From NCBI GenBank assembly GCA_963768165.1, contig CAVYHJ010000002.1:389067-453066 (forward strand): DNA of 64,000 nt. The letters are read 5' to 3'. Position numbers and translations under genes: made by a program. Source of the DNA: an uncultured bacterium (GTDB lineage Bacteria > UBP4 > UBA4092). Positions 18,209 to 28,111 of the stretch are shown here, piece after piece. The notes under the pieces were generated by a model that saw only the letters and a list, made by a program, of their open reading frames with translations, was not told the origin of the DNA and ran no database searches. How positions within the stretch are numbered: the first letter of the stretch is position 1; every line of letters begins with the position of its first letter.

Positions 18209-19090
18209 ATGACATCTAAATTATCCAAATTTTTTGTTCTACTCCTACTCATCGTAGGCTCAATAATTTTTATTTTCCCTTTTGTCTGGCTGGTTTCCAC
18301 TTCTTTCAAAGCCTCCGAGGATGTTTTGGCATTCCCTCCCACACTTATCCCACGACCCTGGGTCTGGACTAATTATGGGGACGCCATCCGAGCTCTATCC
18401 GACGACCCTAATATCCCCTTGACTCTGCATAATATCATCCATTTACCCATGGTCCAGTTTACTATTAACACCCTTAAGATTGTTATCTTTAATATGATTG
18501 GGACTATCTTTACTGCAGCTTTGTGTGCTTATGGTTTTGCCCGGTTGAGAGCTCCGGGAAAAGGAATTATCTTTACTTTTCTATTATCCACCATGATGCT
18601 GCCCCCGCAAGTCACCATGATCCCGGTCTTTATCATGTTCCAGAAGTTTGGCTGGATAAATACCTTTAAACCTTTGATCATCCCGGCTTACTTTGGCGGA
18701 GGCGCTTTTAATATCTTTTTATTACGCCAATTTTTTATGACTCTTCCCAAAGAATTGGAAGAAGCAGCCATTGTGGATGGTTCTTCCCGGTTACGTATAT
18801 TCTGGCAGATTTTTCTCCCTCTTTCCAAACCGGCCTTGTTAACTGTTTTAGTTTTTTGTTTTCTGGGATTATGGAATGATTTTGTTGGCCCCTTGATTTA
18901 TTTGCAAGATGTCGAGAAATTCACCCTGGCTATTGGATTAAACCTGTTCCGGGGCATGTATGCCACCAAAACCCCCTGGGGTCCTTTAATGGCAGCATCC
19001 ACCCTGATGACCTTACCTATTATTATCATATTCTTTGTTTGCCAGAGATATTTTATCCAGGGTATCGCCTTAACGGGAACTAAAGGATAA
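18209..19090 (+). CDS. ABC sugar transporter permease (MalG/UgpE-like)
   Basis: 293 aa; EEAAIVDGSSRLRIFWQIFLPLSKPAL EAA motif. Confidence 0.8.
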   Translation: MTSKLSKFFVLLLLIVGSIIFIFPFVWLVSTSFKASEDVLAFPPTLIPRPWVWTNYGDAIRALSDDPNIPLTLHNIIHLPMVQFTINTLKIVIFNMIGTIFTAALCAYGFARLRAPGKGIIFTFLLSTMMLPPQVTMIPVFIMFQKFGWINTFKPLIIPAYFGGGAFNIFLLRQFFMTLPKELEEAAIVDGSSRLRIFWQIFLPLSKPALLTVLVFCFLGLWNDFVGPLIYLQDVEKFTLAIGLNLFRGMYATKTPWGPLMAASTLMTLPIIIIFFVCQRYFIQGIALTGTKG

Positions 19091-19189
19091 GGTCGTGGAT
19101 GAATTATTAGTACCCAGTCTAATATTCCTTTGACCGATATGTATCCGTAATAGTCCCGGGTTTCATGAGGGTGTCATTTCAAAGTTGTT

Positions 19190-20302
19190 TTATTTTATTG
19201 GTATAATTCCGGTTGGTCGGACATCGATATTATCGCCCCAGACTTCCTTGATTTTCCGGATATAGAATAAATAATTATTCAGCGGCACATCCGGAGGTAC
19301 CCGATGGTCCACCAAGGGAATATAGCCACCTTCTTCGATAAGCGGTAATAACCGGTAGATTTCTTTTTCAATTCCCTCAGGATCACCCATGAGTATTTTT
19401 TTATCAAATCCGCCAATCATCAATAATTGATGACCGTATTGTTTTCGATAGGCGATGACATCGGCACCCCAGACACCCACTTCCACCGGGAACATACAAT
19501 TGACTCCGGCTTCCAGCCAAAGAGGAATTAATTGATCAATTGAGCCATCACAATCCACCACCACCACATCAATCCCATATTGTTTTAACATCCGGGTGAT
19601 TTTTTGGTAATTGGGCACCAGGTATTTTTTAAAAGTTGCCGGTGAAATCAAGGGACCTCCCCGATAACACATATCCTCCCAAAAATGGGCATGATCAAAC
19701 CGAACGCCGGATTCCAGAGCAGGCCGGATGGTTTCACAAATAAAACAAGCCAGATGTTCCACCATTTCTTGAAACAAATCCGGGTCATCATAGAGTAATA
19801 ATGAAAGGTTTTCCAATCCCATCCAGTCTCGAATCCATCCATATAAACTCCCGGTAAAGAGAGATAGAGGATAATCCCGGTTTTCATATTTTGTTTTAAA
19901 TTCCGACCAGTTTTTAGGATATCGGCCGGGAGTATGTGGATTCAATCGTTTTTTATATTCCATCCAACCGGACCTGGATTTTAATATCCAATCAATAAAT
20001 TGAGGAATGGTACCCATCCAACGTTTTCTTTTCACCGTCACTCCGTCACTTTGCCGGTAGGTTTCGATATCACCGTCTCGGGAGATCACCTTGGTTTTGA
20101 ATTTTGGTTTCAATCCTAAATCGATGGGAGGGTAAATCCATTGCGGGTCCATACCAAAAAAGTCATCCGGATTAACTCCTTTGGGATAACCTTGAGTCTC
20201 CCATGTAGGGATTGTCTCCGTCCAAAACCCAAAATCCATAATGGGGCTTCGGTCTCTTTTTTGATAATGCATAACTGCATTAAACCGGTCACGTGAATTC
20301 AT
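19190..20302 (-). CDS. uroporphyrinogen decarboxylase (URO-D)-like family protein
   Basis: ~370 aa from ATG (MNSRDRFNAVMHYQKRDRSPIMDFGFW) preceded by AAGGGAG; ORF-track upstream start is a TTG; URO-D-like TIM-barrel family resemblance. Confidence 0.5.
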   Translation of the reverse strand: MNSRDRFNAVMHYQKRDRSPIMDFGFWTETIPTWETQGYPKGVNPDDFFGMDPQWIYPPIDLGLKPKFKTKVISRDGDIETYRQSDGVTVKRKRWMGTIPQFIDWILKSRSGWMEYKKRLNPHTPGRYPKNWSEFKTKYENRDYPLSLFTGSLYGWIRDWMGLENLSLLLYDDPDLFQEMVEHLACFICETIRPALESGVRFDHAHFWEDMCYRGGPLISPATFKKYLVPNYQKITRMLKQYGIDVVVVDCDGSIDQLIPLWLEAGVNCMFPVEVGVWGADVIAYRKQYGHQLLMIGGFDKKILMGDPEGIEKEIYRLLPLIEEGGYIPLVDHRVPPDVPLNNYLFYIRKIKEVWGDNIDVRPTGIIPIK

Positions 20303-20534
20303 TTTATTTGTACTCCCTTGGATAAACAAATAAAATAATTTCTAATAACCATAATGCTGGGTAATATAACATGAATAAACTGATTATAATACCCTTGGTC
20401 ATATCTCGAACTTGCGTATTTCTTTGACTCCTTGACTACTTTTCCTTTTTAACAACCCGGAATATGTAATCTTTCCGTAACCTTTATTTTATTTCATTGT
20501 AATAATCCAGGGGTATTATTACTCTACGGAATAT

Positions 20535-21224
20535 ATGGGAAAAAAAGTAGACACCCTTATCATATCCGACCTGCATCTGGGATCGAAAGTCAGCCGTCCC
20601 AGGGAATTGCTAGCGGTCTTGGAAGACTATCAATACGATCGACTCATCATGCTGGGGGATATCTTCGACGATTTGAATTTCACACGCCTAAAAAGCAGCC
20701 ACTGGGATTTTCTTTCCTATATTCGCTGGTTGTCCAATCCGAAACGGGACGTTGAAGTCGTCTGGGTGGAAGGAAATCACGATGAGGGACTGTCGATTAT
20801 CACATCGCATTTGATGGGTATCAAAGTCCATAAGGAATATTCCTGGGAACATGACCATCAAAAATACCTTGCCATACACGGACATCAATTTGATAAGTTC
20901 ATCGTAGACCACGAAATTCTTACCAATGTCGCCTGTACCTTTTACGATTGGATTCAAAAATGCGATACCAAACAGAAAAAAATTAGCCGGTATCTCAAAA
21001 CGAAAAGCAAAACCTTCATGCGTAATACCGACCAGGTCGCTCAAGGAGCTGCTAAATATGGTGTTTCACGCAAAGCCGATGTCGTCTTTTGCGGGCACAC
21101 GCATCACGCCGACAACCTCCTCATCGATAGCATTGATTATTATAATACAGGGTGTTGGACGGATATCCCGTCCACTTTTGTCACCATCAATGGAAAAGGG
21201 GTTGATATTCATGAGGTTGAATAA
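20535..21224 (+). CDS. metallophosphoesterase (calcineurin-like)
   Basis: 229 aa; DLHLG, GDIFD, GNHD, GHTH metal-binding motifs. Confidence 0.7.
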   Translation: MGKKVDTLIISDLHLGSKVSRPRELLAVLEDYQYDRLIMLGDIFDDLNFTRLKSSHWDFLSYIRWLSNPKRDVEVVWVEGNHDEGLSIITSHLMGIKVHKEYSWEHDHQKYLAIHGHQFDKFIVDHEILTNVACTFYDWIQKCDTKQKKISRYLKTKSKTFMRNTDQVAQGAAKYGVSRKADVVFCGHTHHADNLLIDSIDYYNTGCWTDIPSTFVTINGKGVDIHEVE

Positions 21225-21912
21225 GGAATTGACCATTGTGATTCCCGCGAAAAACGAAGAGCAAAATATCGGTCATCTGTTAAAATCCATCCAAACGCAA
21301 GATTACGCGCACATGTGGTCTACCCCTATTTATGTCGCCGACGCCCAATCTACCGACCGTACCAAAGAAATCGCCGAATCGTTTCCCAATGTGAAAGTCA
21401 TTCCCGGGGGATTACCGTCCATCGGACGAAACGCGGGCGCCCGTCTCGCAAAATCCCGCTATATTTTATTCTTAGATGCTGACTTGAAATTTGAGGGAAC
21501 TCATGTCATCCGTGAAGCCGTCCAATTAATGAAAGATAAAAATCTCCATTGTGTCGCGGCTAAACTCAAATGTCGGGATGGCGGGTTTATGGACAATCTT
21601 CTCTATTCTCTCAGCAATCTCGTCATGTGCTACTCCAAATACATAAGCCCATTTGCGGTCGGCGCTTTTATGCTTTTTGATAAACAAAAATTCGATGAAC
21701 TCGGTGGGTTCGATGAACAGGTGCATTACGCTGAAGATTACTTCCTTAGTAAACAGGTTCAAGGGGAACGGTATGAGGTTCTTAACGCCTATATCCTTAC
21801 CGACAACAGCCGGTTTAAAAAAATGGGTTATTTCAAAACCGCCGGAATGTTTCTCAATACCATGCTCCATGCCAACAACGAGCAATATTTCAAAAAAGAT
21901 CACGGCTATTGA
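21211..21912 (+). CDS. family 2 glycosyltransferase (start overlaps upstream stop; stop codon lies in IS terminus)
   Basis: Internal ATG 21211 (MRLNKELTIVIPAKNEEQNIGHLLKSI…) gives GT2 N-terminus; DAD (FLDADL) motif; last codons …HGY-TGA where TGA is first bases of IS terminal repeat. Confidence 0.65.
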   Translation: MRLNKELTIVIPAKNEEQNIGHLLKSIQTQDYAHMWSTPIYVADAQSTDRTKEIAESFPNVKVIPGGLPSIGRNAGARLAKSRYILFLDADLKFEGTHVIREAVQLMKDKNLHCVAAKLKCRDGGFMDNLLYSLSNLVMCYSKYISPFAVGAFMLFDKQKFDELGGFDEQVHYAEDYFLSKQVQGERYEVLNAYILTDNSRFKKMGYFKTAGMFLNTMLHANNEQYFKKDHGY

Positions 21913-23118
21913 GACCTCTGAAAAAGTCTACCTTTTGATGGGAAGTGGAGTATGAGAAGAAAAACCAAGAAAGGAGAGACAAATGATCGGAGAAGAAAAA
22001 GGCCAAGGACATTTATTGCAAGGGTGGATGGAATTAGATACGAAAACGGGGAAGTTTTTGGAGAGGTTGAAAGGGATGTTGGATTGGAAGGGGCTACATC
22101 AGCGGCTGGAGCGATTATATTCGAAGGATCAAGGGCGTCCGGGGTATGCGCCGGAGATCTTGTTTCGGATGTGGTTGTTGGAGAGGATTTATAATGTATC
22201 GGATGTACGCGTGGTGGAGGAAGTCACCGACCGGTTATCGTTTCGAGAGTTTGTAGGGATCCCTTTTGGGGAGGAAGTCCCGGACGATACGACGCTGGTG
22301 AAGTTTCGGGAGAGAATCCGTCAGGCGGGAGCAGAGGACGAGTTGTGGGGATGGTTTGAAGAGCAATTGGGACGGCAGAAGGTGTCGTTAAAGAAAGGGA
22401 GTGTGGTGATTGTGGATGCGACCTTGGTGGCCAGTCATCATAGAAAGGAGGCGACCGATTCCGAGGGACAGCCCTTAGAACCGGAAGCGGGGACCGGGAA
22501 ACGAGGACCCTTGAAGATCGTTCATGGATATAACGTAGGTGTGCGGTATGATGTAAAGACGAAGTTGGCAGGACGACCGGTCGTCGTGCCTGCGAATGTG
22601 AACGATGTGTCTTTACTCCCGCAGGTATTGACAGGGGAAGAGGGGACGGTGATGGCGGATCGTGGTTTTCATGCCAAAGCCAACCGGGAGTGGTTGGCGC
22701 GGCATGGGATACGGGATGGGATTTTACGATCGCAGGGGAATGCGCGGGTGCTGTCTCCGCAGGATGCGCGACATAACGAGCGTTGGAAAAAGAGGAAGAG
22801 ATATCTGATTGAATCGTATTTCGGATGTCTTAAACTCTGGCGCGGGGTACGCAAGATGACGGTGAGCGGCTTACAACGGGTGAAACAATTCCTAGAGATG
22901 GCGGTCATGGCCGAGAATCTGGTACGAATGGTCAAACGCAGGGGAGTCGTGTCTTCCTAATCCGAAAAGGGCAAAAAAACCAGCAATCCGACCCCTTTGG
23001 AGGTTTCTTTAAAGGTAGTACGACTCTCCCAACCCCTCTTTCCTCTTCCCAATTCTGCGCTTTTTTCGTCCACTTTCTCCCGTCAAACGAAAACAACACT
23101 TTTTCAGAGGTCTCTATT
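21908..23118 (+). mobile_element. IS5-family insertion sequence, copy A
   Basis: Terminal inverted repeats GAGACCTCTGAAAAAG (21909-) and its reverse complement (-23118) flank transposase 21983-22960; same termini bound copy B. Confidence 0.75.
21983..22960 (+). CDS. IS5-family DDE transposase
   Basis: 325 aa; C-terminal block YLIESYFGCLKLWRGVRKMTVSGLQRVKQFLEMAVMAENLVRMVKRR characteristic of IS5-type transposases. Confidence 0.75.
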   Translation: MIGEEKGQGHLLQGWMELDTKTGKFLERLKGMLDWKGLHQRLERLYSKDQGRPGYAPEILFRMWLLERIYNVSDVRVVEEVTDRLSFREFVGIPFGEEVPDDTTLVKFRERIRQAGAEDELWGWFEEQLGRQKVSLKKGSVVIVDATLVASHHRKEATDSEGQPLEPEAGTGKRGPLKIVHGYNVGVRYDVKTKLAGRPVVVPANVNDVSLLPQVLTGEEGTVMADRGFHAKANREWLARHGIRDGILRSQGNARVLSPQDARHNERWKKRKRYLIESYFGCLKLWRGVRKMTVSGLQRVKQFLEMAVMAENLVRMVKRRGVVSS

Positions 23119-23132
23119 GGAAAAACGGGTAA

Positions 23133-23324
23133 TTGTCTGTATTAAATATTCTTATTGCACCCCACCATTTTTTCAATTCTCCTTCAGGCTTGGAAGGTGA
23201 TTTCAGTCCCAAAAAAATTGAGTTGGTAAAATCAGCGGGGATTCGAATTGTGAGTTTGGGGAAACGGATATTACGCTCGGAGACCGCTGCCATCATTGCT
23301 CTCGCCTTACAGCTTACATCTTAA
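23133..23324 (+). pseudogene. rsmE: 3' remnant of 16S rRNA methyltransferase rsmE truncated at IS copy A
   Basis: 63-aa ORF …LEGDFSPKKIELVKSAGIRIVSLGKRILRSETAAIIALALQ resembles the C-terminal GPEGGFSP…LGPRILRTETA block of RsmE; no 5' portion present upstream (IS end abuts). Confidence 0.5.
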
Positions 23325-23344
23325 CTCTACAATCTATAATTCTT

Positions 23345-23953
23345 TTACGGATACAGTCGTTTAATGTCCCACGCATTATTTTTGTTTCGTTGGTATAGAA
23401 ACCGGTCATGGAGACGGTTGCACTGGTCTTGCCAAAATTCCACTTTCCGGGGAATCACGCGCACCCCTGTCCAATGAGGCGGGCGGGGAACCGCTTTGCC
23501 CGCGAATTTTATCGCGTATTTGGCCACTTTCTTGACCAGCGTAGTGCGCGATTCCAGCACTTCACTTTGATCCGATGCCCAGGCACCCAATTGGCTTAAC
23601 CGGGGGCGGGAGGCAAAATATTCATCCGCTTCCTCATCACTCACCAATTCAGTCGTTCCTTGAATCCGCACCGATCTGCGAATCCCCGGCCAGTAAAAGG
23701 TTAGTGCCATTTTGGCGGGTACCATTTTCCCTTTCTTATTGGGAGAGTCAAGATTGGTATAAAACACAAATCCCCGCTCGTCAAAATTTTTCAATAACAC
23801 CATGCGCGCGTCCGGGAATCCCTCTTCCCCCATATTCGATACGCACATCGCTTCGGGATACTGCATCCCGCTGGACTTTTTCGCGTCCTCAAACCATCGC
23901 GCGAATTGGGAAAAGGGGTCTTTCTCCAGCTTTTGTCGGGTTAGGAAACTCAT
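23345..23953 (-). CDS. pdxH: pyridoxamine 5'-phosphate oxidase
   Basis: 202 aa; RMVLLKNFDERGFVFYTNLDSPNK…, ALTFYWPGIRRSVRIQG…, EFWQ… typical PdxH blocks. Confidence 0.8.
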   Translation of the reverse strand: MSFLTRQKLEKDPFSQFARWFEDAKKSSGMQYPEAMCVSNMGEEGFPDARMVLLKNFDERGFVFYTNLDSPNKKGKMVPAKMALTFYWPGIRRSVRIQGTTELVSDEEADEYFASRPRLSQLGAWASDQSEVLESRTTLVKKVAKYAIKFAGKAVPRPPHWTGVRVIPRKVEFWQDQCNRLHDRFLYQRNKNNAWDIKRLYP

Positions 23954-24227
23954 GTAGTTTTTATTATATCATGAGGGGGAATTGATATTTCGGTTTTTTA
24001 TAGGAAGATAAAATATAGGAAAGGAGTATCTGAATATTTCTTTCTCTTTCCATCATCAGAAATTTGAACATTTTTTGGTGTTTCCGATGCAGAAAATATA
24101 CAATAATTCTATCTTGGTTAAATAGTGATTTGTTAACTTGATAGACAAACGGCGTTTTTTTCGAGTAAAGTATCAGTCATATATATTTGAGATTTTTAAA
24201 ATCTAATTCTGAAAAGAGACTTGCAAT

Positions 24228-25079
24228 ATGACTACAAAAACAATTCTTTCGATACATCTTATTGGATTATATATTATCAGTTGTCTATTATTATCGATTC
24301 CTGTTATAGCCCAGGAACTGGTTCCCGGAAAAGTGACAGATATTTGTTTTTCCAATGAAGCCCTGCCGCCAACTCTTTTTAGCATGTTTAATGAGACACC
24401 TGCAACCCCCTGTTTAAGTGTCCGGTTACCGGAGGATTATGACACTACCAAAACTTATCCATTATTGGTCTATGTCCCGGGACTGCATGGAGGTCCTAAA
24501 GGAAATATCGAGAATGCTCAAACCATTGGCGGGACCAAGGGATGGATTGTTGCCAGCCTGCCTTTATTTAAGAAATCGATAGACCGGAATGAACTGTCCG
24601 GGGGAATCCTGGTCAGTATGGAAGATTACCCGGTGATATCGGAGGCTTATGAAATCATGTTAGGCCGGCTTTTTGAAAGGATACCCAATATCGATAAGGA
24701 AAAAAGCGGGATGGTGGGATTTTCCAATGGAGCACTCACCATCGCAGTATTGGTATCCAACCACGATCAATTTATTCTGACCCATTTCAAGAATTTCTGT
24801 TTAGTCGACCATGGCATGTTTCACCTGACCGATTTACATAAACAGTATTCGAAGGATTGCCGGTATCTTATCTTGGTCGGGGATAAACCGGATATGGGTA
24901 GAGATTTAAAACTCCGGGGTACCCAACTCCAGCAAGATGAATGGAAATTACTGGGGGTGGATTTCACCAGTATTATTATGAAAGATACCGGACACCAATT
25001 CCCGGAACCCTGCATGAAACTAGTGGGACAATGGCTGCGACATGAACCTCTGAACCCGATTGAAAAGGATAAGCAGTGA
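24228..25079 (+). CDS. secreted alpha/beta-hydrolase-fold esterase/peptidase
   Basis: 283 aa; signal peptide; GFSNG (GxSxG) nucleophile elbow; LLVYVPGLHGG. Confidence 0.5.
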   Translation: MTTKTILSIHLIGLYIISCLLLSIPVIAQELVPGKVTDICFSNEALPPTLFSMFNETPATPCLSVRLPEDYDTTKTYPLLVYVPGLHGGPKGNIENAQTIGGTKGWIVASLPLFKKSIDRNELSGGILVSMEDYPVISEAYEIMLGRLFERIPNIDKEKSGMVGFSNGALTIAVLVSNHDQFILTHFKNFCLVDHGMFHLTDLHKQYSKDCRYLILVGDKPDMGRDLKLRGTQLQQDEWKLLGVDFTSIIMKDTGHQFPEPCMKLVGQWLRHEPLNPIEKDKQ

Positions 25080-25437
25080 AACCGAATGTATTTATCGGAA
25101 TAAAAGATAAGCTAACAAGCGCCATCCTCTATTACACCGAGTATTTCTTCGGGCATAAACGACTCTCCCTTCAATCAAATGTAAAGAATCGGATTCTTTT
25201 ATCGAACAATACCAAAAAAGGCATAGTATAAAACTTTCTCTTCCATCGGAATTTCTTGACAAGCTTTATAGACCTGATATACTTGGATAAATCGAAGATA
25301 GAATTTAAGATAAGGACGAATAATCTATATCTATACGAACGATTAAACGACTCATTAAAGCCAAGTTGACCCTGAAAACAGTTCTAATTGGTTTAATATG
25401 AGTATTCAAAACAATATTGCAAAAACAGGAGGTTAAA

Positions 25438-26406
25438 ATGAAATATAGAAAATTAGGTACTTCGGATATCCAAGTCTCCGAGATCAGTCTCGGATGTTGG
25501 ACTCTAGGCGGGTTAAATTGGGTTAATGGATCTCCAAATGGTTGGGCAAACGTGGATGAAAATGAAGTCATTAGCGCCGTAAACCTGGCCATTGAGAAAG
25601 GGGTCAATCATTTTGATAATGCCGATGTCTATGGAAATGGGAGGGCAGAACGATTATTGGCAAAAGCCCTTGGAAATAAATCAAAACAGGTTGTGATAGC
25701 CTCTAAAGTCGGCCATTTCCCCGGCACCGCCGAACACGCTTATGATTCGTTACATCTCCGGCACCAATGCGAACAATCCTTGAAAAACTTAAAAAGGGAT
25801 TATATTGATTTATATTATTTTCATCATGGCAATTTTGGCCCGAAGGATTATTATCTGGAGGATGCAATGGAAGAAATCTCCCGGTTGAAAAAAGAAGGGA
25901 AAATCCGGTTACTAGGACTCTCTGCTTATTCTATTGAAGATTTTGTCCGTTTAGTGCCCCAAATAAAACCGGATGTTTTACAAAGTTGGGCGAATATTCT
26001 GGATGACCAGTTTATCAATCAGGATTCTCCGGTTCGAAAACTAATGAAAGAAAGAAAAATGTCCTTTGTCGCATTTAGCCCCTTATCACAAGGATTGCTT
26101 CTTGGAAAATACAATTCGAAGAATCCTCCCACCTTCGAAGAGGGAGACCACCGGCGGAATGGCAAAGCCTTCAGTGCGGAAGAACTCGCCAAACTGGAAC
26201 CTAAATTGGAAAAGTTGAAAGAAAGGTTTGGCATCACCCCACAAAATCTTGCGCGAGTTGCCTTACAATACTTGCTCAGTTTTGATACGGTTGCCTGTGT
26301 GATTCCGGGATTCCGTAATCGGTCCCAAGTAGAAATCAATTTAACAGGTGCTGATGAACCTCTAACTCCACAAGATATTGACTATATACGGGCAGTATTT
26401 CGATAA
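25438..26406 (+). CDS. aldo/keto reductase
   Basis: ATG 25438 preceded by AGGAGG; MKYRKLGTSDIQVSEISLGCWTLGG… AKR N-terminal signature. Confidence 0.8.
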   Translation: MKYRKLGTSDIQVSEISLGCWTLGGLNWVNGSPNGWANVDENEVISAVNLAIEKGVNHFDNADVYGNGRAERLLAKALGNKSKQVVIASKVGHFPGTAEHAYDSLHLRHQCEQSLKNLKRDYIDLYYFHHGNFGPKDYYLEDAMEEISRLKKEGKIRLLGLSAYSIEDFVRLVPQIKPDVLQSWANILDDQFINQDSPVRKLMKERKMSFVAFSPLSQGLLLGKYNSKNPPTFEEGDHRRNGKAFSAEELAKLEPKLEKLKERFGITPQNLARVALQYLLSFDTVACVIPGFRNRSQVEINLTGADEPLTPQDIDYIRAVFR

Positions 26407-26540
26407 CTTTTTCTTCTGGGTAAGTAAGGATAAGATAATAACTTTATGTAGGAAATTCTATTTTAATAAGAATTAAAATTAAGACGATATTTCCATAATA
26501 TTCGAAAAAAATTTATATATAATATAAGGAGGAATAAATT

Positions 26541-27716
26541 GTGAAAACAGTTAAGATTGGAATTATTGGAACAGGATTTATTGGGCCGGCACATATTGAA
26601 GGGATACGGAGAAATCCTCAATTACAAATTATTGCTCTTGCGGAAATCAATGAAAAACTTGCAAGAGACAAAGCGGAGATTTTTAATATACCCAAATATT
26701 ATGGAGACTGGCGCAAGTTATTAGCTGACAAAGAAGTTGAGTCGGTACATATCTGTACCCCTAATAATACCCATTACGAAATTTGCAAAGCTGCCCTGGC
26801 TGCTGGAAAGCATATCGTTTGTGAAAAACCTCTGGCGATGAACTCCCGTGAGTCCGGTGAATTGGTCAAATTGGCAAAAAAGACAGACCGGGTACTGGCA
26901 GTGGATTTCAACTACCGTTTCTATCCGCTGGTTCAGCATTGCCATGATTTAGTCAAATCTCAAAAGGTAGGGAGAATCTTTAGTGTTTTTGGTACATATT
27001 TACAAGATTGGTTATTTCTCGATACCGATTATAACTGGAGATTGGAATCCGGGATTGGAGGAAGTTCCCGGGCTGTGGGAGATATCGGCAGCCATTGGTG
27101 TGATTTGGTGCAGTTTATCACCGGGAAGAAAATCATTAAAGTCATGGCAGATATCAATACGGTTCATCCGATTCGTAAGAAACCCAAAGTGCAGGTGGAT
27201 ACTTTTGCCAATAAAGAATTGACTCCGGCGGATTATATTGAAATCCCCATCCCCACTGAAGATTATGCGGGAGTCCTCCTGCAATTTGAGGATGGGGTTA
27301 GGGGGAATGTGGTCATCTCTCAGGTGAGTGCTGGAAGGAAAAATTATAATTCCTTTGAGATTGATGGATCCAAGTGTTCACTTTTATGGGATCAGGAAAA
27401 TCCTAATAATCTGGTGATTGGATATAGAGAGAAGCCTAATGAAGTGCTCATCAAGGATCCCTCTTTATTAACAGGCTCTGCCAAAACCTATGCCCACTAC
27501 CCCGGAGGACATCCGGAAGGGTATCCGGATTGTATTAAAAATCTATGCAGGAATTTTTACCAATTTATTCAGGATGGAAAAGATCCCAAAACAAAGGAAG
27601 CTGATTTCCCGACCTTTTTAGATGGGCACAATGAAATTGTGATTTGTGAAGCGATTATTGAAAGTGCCAAATCCCAGAAATGGGTGGAGGTCGATTATGG
27701 TATTCCCGGTAAATAG
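26541..27716 (+). CDS. Gfo/Idh/MocA family oxidoreductase
   Basis: 391 aa; GTG start after AGGAGG; KIGIIGTGFIGPAHIEGI Rossmann N-terminus. Confidence 0.75.
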   Translation: MKTVKIGIIGTGFIGPAHIEGIRRNPQLQIIALAEINEKLARDKAEIFNIPKYYGDWRKLLADKEVESVHICTPNNTHYEICKAALAAGKHIVCEKPLAMNSRESGELVKLAKKTDRVLAVDFNYRFYPLVQHCHDLVKSQKVGRIFSVFGTYLQDWLFLDTDYNWRLESGIGGSSRAVGDIGSHWCDLVQFITGKKIIKVMADINTVHPIRKKPKVQVDTFANKELTPADYIEIPIPTEDYAGVLLQFEDGVRGNVVISQVSAGRKNYNSFEIDGSKCSLLWDQENPNNLVIGYREKPNEVLIKDPSLLTGSAKTYAHYPGGHPEGYPDCIKNLCRNFYQFIQDGKDPKTKEADFPTFLDGHNEIVICEAIIESAKSQKWVEVDYGIPGK

Positions 27717-28111
27717 GAGAAAAAAAATTACAATTGCGAAAACCATTTGCTAAGCTTTATTGTCTTTCCGGTACATCTATGGATGTTGAATAAAGGAACT
27801 TTCTTCGGAAAAGATACCGCATTTCAAAGAGAGGGCTCTTTAATAGAGAAATAAATTAAAGCAATTCTCGACAGGTTTATCCAACTGATGCTGAAGACAT
27901 ACAGAAATCCGTGGTCAAAATCAGCAATAAATCGGTTTGTTTTACTTTATTTTGTCATTTTCTTATCATTTCCTAACTCCAATATTTGACGCTACTTATC
28001 TAATAATGTTAAACTTATTGTTTGCCCAATGGGTCAGATTCCTAAACCGTTGGTCGAGGGTTCTATTCTCTTCGGGCACACCAAATTTTATAAGGAAAGA
28101 AACCAGAAATT

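Noticed and set aside
20926-21912. Long 328-aa ORF-track call for the GT2 gene starting at 20926
   Set aside because: The first 95 codons overlap the metallophosphoesterase in another frame and lack GT2 similarity. The conserved GT2 N-terminus begins at ATG 21211.
21952-22194. 80-aa ORF overlapping the start of the IS5 transposase
   Set aside because: It is out of frame with the transposase and not conserved relative to copy B beyond what nucleotide identity dictates.
28040-28100. tRNA-like 3' end (…ggtcgagggttctattctcttcgggcacacca) in the 400-bp gap upstream of the TPR gene
   Set aside because: No complementary 5' acceptor strand could be found, and the T-stem would need two G·U pairs. This is more likely a chance CCA-ending sequence.
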